Shown here piece by piece: positions 57,459 through 64,000 of a DNA stretch of 64,000 nt. The position numbers and the translations under genes were made by a program. Position 1 is the first letter of the stretch. Every line of letters begins with the position of its first letter. The notes below the pieces were generated by a model that had not been told where the DNA came from, searched no databases, and saw only the letters and a program-made list of their open reading frames with translations. Source of the DNA: a virus (lineage: Duplodnaviria; Caudoviricetes); IMG/VR virus record IMGVR_UViG_3300021400_000128, positions 1 to 64,000 of that record; one strand, 5' to 3'.

Positions 57459-57826
57459 GACAGCAGATAATGACCGTTCGGAGCTTTTTCAAATTGCAGA
57501 TATTCTTCTATCAGGTCATTGATGTGTTTTTCCGCCATATCCAAAGACATGATCGTACCGCTTGCGTAACTAATTGAATATCCGTCATTTCCTTCATGAG
57601 CAATTACCGGAGAATAGTTTTCACTCGCGCTGTCATTATTTCCCATGATACCAATCAGTTCAAACATCAGCCGTTTGACAGGTTCACCGATCTCCTTTGC
57701 ATCGGTAAGTCTGTTAAACGTCCGTCTGTCGATTTTTCGCTTTGCTTTGTAGGCTAAACGATTAAAGACGGTCTCCTCTAATGTTCCACCGTATTTTTGA
57801 TATTCGTCAAAAGTCAGATAGTCCAT
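57434..57826 (-). CDS. head-tail connector
   Basis: YLTF.EY..YGG....F..L...A...ID..TFNR, NDGYSISY. Confidence 0.75.
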   Translation of the reverse strand: MDYLTFDEYQKYGGTLEETVFNRLAYKAKRKIDRRTFNRLTDAKEIGEPVKRLMFELIGIMGNNDSASENYSPVIAHEGNDGYSISYASGTIMSLDMAEKHINDLIEEYLQFEKAPNGHYLLSCSLGSLR

Positions 57827-57879
57827 CAGATTCGACCGCCTTCAATGTAAGGAGTTTTGTAAAATGAAACGCCAGTTGG

Positions 57880-59193
57880 TTACGGCAGTTCAATTCCAGT
57901 CAGGTCAGGAGTCACGGTTGTGGTGATTCCGTTCGCGGTCAGGGTGAAGTTGGTAGCACCAGATGCTAATTCCGCGCCTTTTGCGCCTTCCTTCAGTCCA
58001 AACACGAAGTCGAAATACCATGCAGCACCGACTTTCTTCATTTCAGCCTTCGGCAGTGCGTTACCGTTGAACAGTACGCCTTCCGGAGCATCTTTGCTAA
58101 TACCAACACCAGGAATTTCCATACGTCCGGTGACGTAATGGGTTGTGCTCTGATCGAAACCGAGTTCACTCTTCTGAGTTGTACTGATGAGGTTTGCAGT
58201 ACCCTTCAGTGCAAGTGTAGCCGCCCAATTGGTGTCATCGGTGCGGGTCAGAGCGACCTTTCCGGTAATATTGGTGGTATCAAGAGCAACTGAAAGTCCC
58301 GGATAGGAATAAACACCTTCCTGCATACGGGCAAATTTCAGGTTTGCGCCGGTGGTCTTCAGGATAACGACCTTAGATTCATTGGTCATGGCGACGCAGT
58401 AAATCTGGTCTCCGGTGATTTCGGTAGAACGCTTGCGCGGTTTCCGATCCACTTCGATATTGGTATCGCGCTTGATGAAATAGGTCAGAGCGGACAGCTC
58501 GTCACGATGCATCGGATCATTGGTCAGAATGATCGGACTATAGAAGAAGCCACCGACACCGGAAACACGGCGGGACGGAACGATACGCGCATTACCAATC
58601 ATACCGATTTCACCGTTAATCATCACCTGATTGCCGTACTTATTCCGATCAATGAAGTTCGGGTCTTTGCGGAGCGTGGTGACGTTATCCGGGTGTACAA
58701 GCATAATCATATCGATTACGCCTTCAGCCTGGAACAGACCAATAGCATCGATGACGTTTTCATAACTGATTGCGTTATTAGCATTGAACACATTGCTGGA
58801 ATTCAGCAGCTCAACATGAGCATCCTCATCCAGTTTACCGAGAATAGAATCAGCCATGGATGTGGTTGCCTGTCCGACCGGGTTACCATGCGCGGAAAGC
58901 ACCGCGACATCGGAAATTTCAGTACCGATACCCGCCATTTTTACGGTGTAATCGGCACTTTCAGTACCAAGAGCACGAATCGGAATTTCATCACCTTCCG
59001 CGACTTCTTCAGCCTCGCCATCCCAAACAAAACGGGCAACAGTAATAGTACTGCCCGCACGTCCTGTCAGGGTTCGGTCAAGTGTTGCGTAGGGCAGCAC
59101 AGTAATAGCTTTTTCAAGCTTTGCCTGAATCATATCTCCAATGACTTCAGGATCAATAAGTTTGCTAAGAGTAGTCAGTTCATAGTCCGCCAT
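57880..59193 (-). CDS. major capsid protein (N4-gp56-like) with C-terminal extra domain
   Basis: T.L..LIDPEV..DMI, D.TL.G..G.TITV, EVAEG..I, I.D.AVLS..G.P, GEIG.I...RIV.S, KR...IE.DR. Confidence 0.9.
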   Translation of the reverse strand: MADYELTTLSKLIDPEVIGDMIQAKLEKAITVLPYATLDRTLTGRAGSTITVARFVWDGEAEEVAEGDEIPIRALGTESADYTVKMAGIGTEISDVAVLSAHGNPVGQATTSMADSILGKLDEDAHVELLNSSNVFNANNAISYENVIDAIGLFQAEGVIDMIMLVHPDNVTTLRKDPNFIDRNKYGNQVMINGEIGMIGNARIVPSRRVSGVGGFFYSPIILTNDPMHRDELSALTYFIKRDTNIEVDRKPRKRSTEITGDQIYCVAMTNESKVVILKTTGANLKFARMQEGVYSYPGLSVALDTTNITGKVALTRTDDTNWAATLALKGTANLISTTQKSELGFDQSTTHYVTGRMEIPGVGISKDAPEGVLFNGNALPKAEMKKVGAAWYFDFVFGLKEGAKGAELASGATNFTLTANGITTTVTPDLTGIELP

Positions 59194-59206
59194 TTCTCTC
59201 TCCTCC

Positions 59207-59437
59207 TTAGATTACGCAGATTTTTACGCCTCGCTTCGGTTTTTTCTCCACTGTCTTGTTTTGCGTCTCTGTCTCTGCTTTTACTGGTTTTATTTCTGGT
59301 TTCTTTTCTTCAACAACTGCGGGTTCTTCCGCTTTAACAACAATGTCCGGCATGATTACCGGATCTTCTGCAAACACTTCATCCTGAACAACAACAGGTT
59401 CATCCATATCAAGACTGCTTTTCTTAGCCCTTGCCAT
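59207..59437 (-). CDS. small hypothetical head-region protein
   Basis: GGAGG RBS; lies between scaffold and capsid. Confidence 0.6.
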   Translation of the reverse strand: MARAKKSSLDMDEPVVVQDEVFAEDPVIMPDIVVKAEEPAVVEEKKPEIKPVKAETETQNKTVEKKPKRGVKICVI

Positions 59438-59439
59438 CT

Positions 59440-60294
59440 TTACCTCCCCATCGCTCTCGCGTATTCTTCAGGATGTTCATTGCGATAATTCGCACGTTCG
59501 GCGTATCCCATCTTGTCAAGATCAGCTTTCGTGATCCCTGTTTTCGCTTTCGGTTTATGTTCAGCGGCTTCAACAATGGTGGTTTTCGGTGTGATGTATC
59601 GCTTATGTTCCTTCAGATAGTCCTGTAGGTTTTCGTCAAAGTCGCCATCCATCTGCTCCACTTTGTACTGAACAAATTCCACTGCGTCTCGGTCAACGCC
59701 AGCCTTGATAATGGTGTTCTCGTGCCTGAGTTTTTCAACAGCTTCAAAATTCTCTCGTTTCAACTTTTCAATGGTCTCCTCAAGCTTGTTGTTCTTCACA
59801 CGAAGGACACTCATCTTTTCTTCCATCGTCTGCTGACTTTCACGCCATTTATCGAACTGCTCACGTTCTTCTTTGGAAGGGAGCCTTTTTGCAAGCGCAG
59901 ATTTCAGTGCTTTTTCAAATTCAGCCTGGGTAAAGGTCTTTTCAGATCCTTTTTCCTTATTAGCGGCTTTCACTTGCTTTTCCTTGGCTTTGCGCAGCTT
60001 TTCAAAGAAGGCATCAAGTTCAGCGTCCGTATCTTCGTCGGCTTTTTTCTTTTCCGGTTTATTCGGTTTTTCAGGTTCACTTTCCGGTTCGGATTCCTTT
60101 TCAGGTTCCTCATCGGGTTCATCGTTGGTTTTTGTTTCCGGTTCGTCATCCTGTTCAGCAGGTTCGTTTTCCGGTTCCACGGTTTCTGGTTCTGTCGTTT
60201 CTGTTGGTTCGGTTTCTGTCACTTCAGATTCGATCACTTCATTGACAACAGCATCCAGTTCGTCATCTTCGACGTTTTTATTTTTTTTCGCCAT
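59440..60294 (-). CDS. capsid scaffolding protein
   Basis: Acidic E/P-rich N-terminus, KTFTQAE, coiled coil, C-terminal IT...L.KMGY.ER......PEEY. Confidence 0.85.
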   Translation of the reverse strand: MAKKNKNVEDDELDAVVNEVIESEVTETEPTETTEPETVEPENEPAEQDDEPETKTNDEPDEEPEKESEPESEPEKPNKPEKKKADEDTDAELDAFFEKLRKAKEKQVKAANKEKGSEKTFTQAEFEKALKSALAKRLPSKEEREQFDKWRESQQTMEEKMSVLRVKNNKLEETIEKLKRENFEAVEKLRHENTIIKAGVDRDAVEFVQYKVEQMDGDFDENLQDYLKEHKRYITPKTTIVEAAEHKPKAKTGITKADLDKMGYAERANYRNEHPEEYARAMGR

Positions 60295-60338
60295 GATTTT
60301 TTCTCCCGTTTAAAGCCCGTCGGCATGTACCCGATGAC

Positions 60339-60416
60339 GACTTAAAAGAAAAGAAGGCAGTCATTCTCTGACTGCCTTCTTAGGGTCTCATCGTTCGATT
60401 ACTTGTATTATAACAT
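60339..60416 (-). promoter_or_regulatory. class B promoter + leader terminator (before scaffold/capsid)
   Basis: TGTTATAAT, then AGACCCT-AAGAAGGCAGTCA-GAGAA-TGACTGCCTTCTT-TTCTTTTAAGTC (perfect 13-bp stem). Confidence 0.85.
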
Positions 60417-60590
60417 ATTTTTTATATTTAGTGTAATTGTCAATATTTATGACATATTAATTATAAATTTAGTTATTTCTTATTCACTTTATTGATTTTT
60501 AGTAAAAAAAAAACCACTAAATATAGTGGTTATCTGTAAAAGTCGCTATTTCATCATCATTCAGCATACTACCTCGATTCCGATCCTGAA

Positions 60591-60995
60591 TTATGCCGGG
60601 ATAGCAACCCCGGCAGCTTCGATCTTGCGAAGAATGGTTTCCTTGCGGAGCCCTTCGCGGACACCCTTGACGCCCATCTTTTGAGCATAAGCAATCAGCT
60701 CCTGATACACTTTGCAGCCATCTTCAAATCTCTTTTTAGATGCTTCGATTTCTGCAAGGTATTCCTCTTTTGTCATAGTGCAGGATTTAGGAATCCAAAC
60801 TGATTTTGTTCCGTCCCATTCGCCATCAATGCTCGAACATTCGATTAGCACTTTATATGCTTTTTCTGTTTCATGAATCACATCAGCTTGATTCGTGAAA
60901 AAATTCAAGTTATAGTGAAATTCACTTTTTAGATTTAAAAGGAACCATTTTTTTATATAAACTGTCTTAATTTCGGTGTTGGCGTTATTATTCAT
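60591..60995 (-). CDS. hypothetical accessory protein
   Basis: Single gene between a class A promoter and a terminator (60505-60531); ETEKAY, WIPKS motifs. Confidence 0.75.
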   Translation of the reverse strand: MNNNANTEIKTVYIKKWFLLNLKSEFHYNLNFFTNQADVIHETEKAYKVLIECSSIDGEWDGTKSVWIPKSCTMTKEEYLAEIEASKKRFEDGCKVYQELIAYAQKMGVKGVREGLRKETILRKIEAAGVAIPA

Positions 60996-60999
60996 GATA

Positions 61000-61094
61000 C
61001 CCTCCGTGATTCAAATTATTGTTTTCAACTTACAAATATTATTATATGAGTTTTTATATATTTGTCAATGTTTTATTTAATTTTTATTACATAT
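61000..61094 (-). promoter_or_regulatory. class A promoter cassette
   Basis: TTGACA(61068-61063)-16-TATAAT(61046-61041), with the same leader and RBS as 53410-53504. Confidence 0.8.
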
Positions 61095-61240
61095 TAATAC
61101 AAAGAAAAAGCCCGTATTTCAGGGCAAAGATTACATTACTGCTTCAAAAAGGTGCTTACTGGAGCATAATGAAAAGAATTTCAATAAAATCATTTGGATG
61201 TTTTTTTATAATATCCTTCATTTCATCTCCTTGAATTTTT

Positions 61241-62092
61241 TTAATCCCAATTGAAATTCTTTATTTCCATAACACCTGATGGCTCTGTTATTAATTCATC
61301 TGCAATTTTGAGCATTTCATTTTCAAGCTGCTCATATTTAGGAGATCCCATTTTATATTTTCTTTGCTCCTCATATACTTTGTGCATAACTGTTTCTTTT
61401 ATTGTAAATGAATTTTTTGTGTGAAATTGTACTTCAAAGAGTTTTCCATTTTTATTTTGAAGCGTGACATTAATCCCTTTATATGCCCAAGGCTTTGTCC
61501 AAAAGTTTTTAACTTGTATAAGGTTATATCCGGATTCTTGATATGCCTTTAAAGCTTTATTTACATCTTTACCAAATGATTCACTGTTTACTTCATTGGT
61601 ATAGCGAACAAGATCGTTCATTTGAGATGTGTCATTTTTCCCGGCAAGTCGATTTCTTTTTTGTGTAGCAGATGCTCTTGACTTACGTCTGTTTTTTTCT
61701 CCAAGCAGCGGAGCATGGATCATATCTGAAATTCTTTTAACATCTGCCGTAATTTCAGGTTCATTTTTCATTGCTGAATTGTATTCATTCATAAATGTAA
61801 ACTCATCATTTTTTGAAATGTTATTCATTATTTTATTTCCATCATCATCATAATTATTATTTAATATGTGCTGTATTCGATGTCGATCAATATAATGTTT
61901 TGTTTTGGAATTAATTACCCTTTGTCGTGCTTTTTCCTGTGCCGTTTTCTGTGCTTTTAGTTTTCGCTTGTAATCAGTTACCCTGATATATTTCCTTTTC
62001 ATAGCCGGTTTGCCATCATCTCGTAGTATTGGGTTACCGTCTTTATCTTTTCGGATAACCAGTATCGATTTGTAATCTCTGCTTCCACCCAT
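61241..62092 (-). CDS. RelA/SpoT-like small alarmone synthetase (toxSAS / Apk2-like (p)ppNpp synthetase)
   Basis: R.KS..S...K, DLVRYT, VKN.W, YKGIN, FEVQFHT..S..IKE...H..YE..R. Confidence 0.8.
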   Translation of the reverse strand: MGGSRDYKSILVIRKDKDGNPILRDDGKPAMKRKYIRVTDYKRKLKAQKTAQEKARQRVINSKTKHYIDRHRIQHILNNNYDDDGNKIMNNISKNDEFTFMNEYNSAMKNEPEITADVKRISDMIHAPLLGEKNRRKSRASATQKRNRLAGKNDTSQMNDLVRYTNEVNSESFGKDVNKALKAYQESGYNLIQVKNFWTKPWAYKGINVTLQNKNGKLFEVQFHTKNSFTIKETVMHKVYEEQRKYKMGSPKYEQLENEMLKIADELITEPSGVMEIKNFNWD

Positions 62093-62104
62093 ATATCACC
62101 TCGT

Positions 62105-62166
62105 TTAAATTAAAAGAAGGCTGAACACACAATCAGCCTTCTTAGGGTCTCTATGGGTAATTATAA
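62105..62166 (-). promoter_or_regulatory. class B promoter + leader terminator (before synthetase)
   Basis: TATAAT, then AGACCCT-AAGAAGGCTGA-loop-TCAGCCTTCTT-TTAATTTAA; compensatory stem change relative to the other copies. Confidence 0.75.
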
Positions 62167-62167
62167 A

Positions 62168-62464
62168 TTATTTTTCGTTATATATCCCGCCCCAAGTTAG
62201 ACCGGGAATATTTGTTGTATTCAATTCTTCTTGTTTATTTACTATCTTCTGTGCCATTTCTTCTGTAATGACATTTATATCGCTGGGCGAATAGTTACCA
62301 TATCCATGCATTGCATCATGAATTGCGCTTCGAAAGTCACGATAATAAGGTCCAGGTTTATCTGCAAGCCATCCTTTTCCGGGAATGTAATATTCATAAG
62401 GATAATCATCATCACTGTCTCGCAGATGAATTACTAAATAACCAAAAAGATAATATTTTTCCAT
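62168..62464 (-). CDS. candidate immunity/antitoxin protein
   Basis: Small aromatic-rich protein with Y.PGKGW and ITEE.A.K; lies between the HD hydrolase and the synthetase. Confidence 0.6.
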   Translation of the reverse strand: MEKYYLFGYLVIHLRDSDDDYPYEYYIPGKGWLADKPGPYYRDFRSAIHDAMHGYGNYSPSDINVITEEMAQKIVNKQEELNTTNIPGLTWGGIYNEK

Positions 62465-62478
62465 ACAATTTCTCCTTT

Positions 62479-62934
62479 TTACGCTGTTAATTTTTTAAGA
62501 GCAGTATTGTATTTTTCAATCCTCATTTCATTCCATTGTTTTTCCTTATCATTGGCAGGAGGAGTTAATCTTGTTTTATCTAAGTTGTGCTGAAGATCCG
62601 CAATTTTTACTTTTAAAGCCAATGGATTATTTTTGATAGCAGGGATGTAAACTTCCAGATAATCATCCTTTTCATCATGTGTCAGTAGTTTAATTGCGTC
62701 AATGATCTGCGGAGGAAATTGCATAGCAAGTTCTTTCAATGTCATATCCGTATCTTCTGCATCTTCAGCGACATCATGCAACAATGCAACACAAATAGCA
62801 TATTCATCATTTCCCATTTGCTCCGCTAAGTGATAAGGATGAAATATATAAGGCACCCCGGACTTATCTTGAGCTCCATGATGCTTTTCATATGCAATAT
62901 TCATGGCTTTTCTCGTTAGATTTGTATAAATCAT
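62479..62934 (-). CDS. HD-domain small alarmone hydrolase (Mesh1/SAH-like)
   Basis: H....DK.G.PYI.HP, ALLHDV.ED, A..VK.AD..HN. Confidence 0.85.
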   Translation of the reverse strand: MIYTNLTRKAMNIAYEKHHGAQDKSGVPYIFHPYHLAEQMGNDEYAICVALLHDVAEDAEDTDMTLKELAMQFPPQIIDAIKLLTHDEKDDYLEVYIPAIKNNPLALKVKIADLQHNLDKTRLTPPANDKEKQWNEMRIEKYNTALKKLTA

Positions 62935-62966
62935 AAGCTTCCTTGTTGAAGTTTTTATATATTATT

Positions 62967-63155
62967 TTATGCAAAAACCTTCATTTCCGTCAGAATTTGC
63001 AATACATCAGAAATTCCTTCAGCATACCCTGCAGCGAAGGTTTTCTTCTGCTCATCTGTGATAGGTACAATAATTTCGTTGAAAAGATCATTTTCTCGAC
63101 TCAACATTTCGCTGAGAATAGAGGTAAGTTCATTTAAATAATTATTGTTATTCAT
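62967..63155 (-). CDS. hypothetical protein
   Basis: First gene after a class A promoter; GGAGG RBS; starts MNNNN. Confidence 0.65.
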   Translation of the reverse strand: MNNNNYLNELTSILSEMLSRENDLFNEIIVPITDEQKKTFAAGYAEGISDVLQILTEMKVFA

Positions 63156-63159
63156 AATA

Positions 63160-63257
63160 GCCTCCATGATTCAAACAAATTGTTTTTCAACTTACATCAA
63201 TTATTATACATGATAATTATATATTTGTCAATGTTTAATATTATTTTTATTACATTA
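63160..63257 (-). promoter_or_regulatory. class A promoter cassette
   Basis: TTGACA(63231-63226)-17-TATAAT(63208-63203), TGTAAGTTGA, TTTGAATCATGGAGG. Confidence 0.8.
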
Positions 63258-63302
63258 CAATCATAAAAAAAACACGGTTCTCCGTGTCTTTTTTTTACAT
63301 TT

Positions 63303-63500
63303 CTATTTTTCAATCTCTTCTACATACTTCCAAAAATCCATAAATTGTTTACCTGGAAGTCCAGTTCCCATTGCAGATTGATCAATGAGATATTTGACAT
63401 CTTCCCGATCTTCTTTTGATAGTTTTGAATATTCTTCACGCCATTTCTTTGACAAAGGATTTTTTAATAACCCTGCTGCAACCTGATTTACACTTGCCAT
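63303..63500 (-). CDS. small hypothetical protein
   Basis: Likely start MASVNQ after GAGG; followed by terminator 63266-63296. Confidence 0.55.
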   Translation of the reverse strand: MASVNQVAAGLLKNPLSKKWREEYSKLSKEDREDVKYLIDQSAMGTGLPGKQFMDFWKYVEEIEK

Positions 63501-63514
63501 TTTATACCTCATTT

Positions 63515-64000
63515 CTAAAACAATCTATTTTCTGCAATCACAGCCGCTCTATCAAGCACAACTGTATATCCGTTAGAAACTTCAATTACATTGTAACCAG
63601 CCGCTAATGCAATTAAAGCTTCCTGATTACCAACAGCTTTTTGAAGTGCGGGGGAGAACTTTTGCCTTATGCTCTGCAAATCATCATACTTTACAACTTT
63701 TGCTGTTTGAGGATTCAATACTGCATTCATTGAAAGACGACCATACCCCGTATTGCTTCCATAACTATGTGCGAAATAAGTACCTTCACCATAAACACTT
63801 CCGCCTTTTCTGCCGGCAATATAATTATAATCGCTTGTTCGGAAGGCATCAAAAGTGTTTGGATTATCAGCAGATCTCGTAAGTAATTGGCTCTTTGGAA
63901 TATTGTTATCTTTCATAAATTTATTAAATTCTTTTGTGTCCAATACAGTTGGTTTATCGTTTAATCCTAAATCATAGACAACTTTCTGAACTCGACTTTC
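63515..64000 (-). CDS. C-terminal part of a larger protein, ADP-ribosyltransferase-like domain (truncated by the window edge)
   Basis: Frame is open to position 64000; L.RS, GS.YG.GTYF, AAGY..I, VVLDR.A motifs. Confidence 0.55.
   Translation of the reverse strand, partial: ESRVQKVVYDLGLNDKPTVLDTKEFNKFMKDNNIPKSQLLTRSADNPNTFDAFRTSDYNYIAGRKGGSVYGEGTYFAHSYGSNTGYGRLSMNAVLNPQTAKVVKYDDLQSIRQKFSPALQKAVGNQEALIALAAGYNVIEVSNGYTVVLDRAAVIAENRLF

Noticed and set aside
28-63882. Numerous plus-strand ORFs in the track (e.g. 28-639, 8144-8851, 31102-31722, 39532-40437, 58507-59337)
   Set aside because: They are antisense shadows of well-supported minus-strand genes or of structured non-coding DNA, with no RBS or recognisable motifs. 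Only cI, int and 46744-47241 are accepted on the + strand.

Overview
This window is 64 kb of a temperate, long-tailed (siphovirus-like) phage. It appears to be in its excised or episomal form, because an intact attP (3' half of a tRNA-Lys) lies between cI and the integrase with phage genes on both sides. Almost all genes are on the minus strand. 1-20 kb holds early/middle genes: replication initiator with ori iterons, helicase loader-like protein, SSB, ERF, antirepressor, two DNA methyltransferases, dCTP deaminase, ThyX, an RNA ligase, tRNA-Gly, a five-member paralogue family and an ORF-less IS200/IS605 miniature element. 20-22.7 kb is the lysogeny module (xis, cro, cI, attP, int). 22.9-24.4 kb is a non-coding transcription unit: a ~520-nt highly structured RNA followed by four tRNAs and two tRNA-like relics, interleaved with repeated structured spacers. 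24.8-60.3 kb holds the morphogenesis genes (fibres, baseplate, Dit, a 2711-aa tape measure, tail, head-tail, capsid, scaffold), broken up by accessory islands. 60.6-64 kb holds a RelA/SpoT-type toxin-like synthetase, a candidate immunity gene, an HD hydrolase and a truncated ART-like gene. The most striking unexplained structure is a two-class regulatory grammar. Class A is a repeated strong TTGACA/TATAAT promoter-leader cassette that drives accessory islands. Class B is five copies of a -10 promoter followed immediately by an invariant AGACCCTAAGAAGGC box embedded in an intrinsic terminator, in front of the scaffold, major tail, tail chaperone, tape measure and synthetase-toxin genes; this implies a dedicated late antitermination switch. 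The SSB suggests an Anaerolineae (Chloroflexota) host (inference). All family assignments are from motif recognition by eye; no database searches were run.
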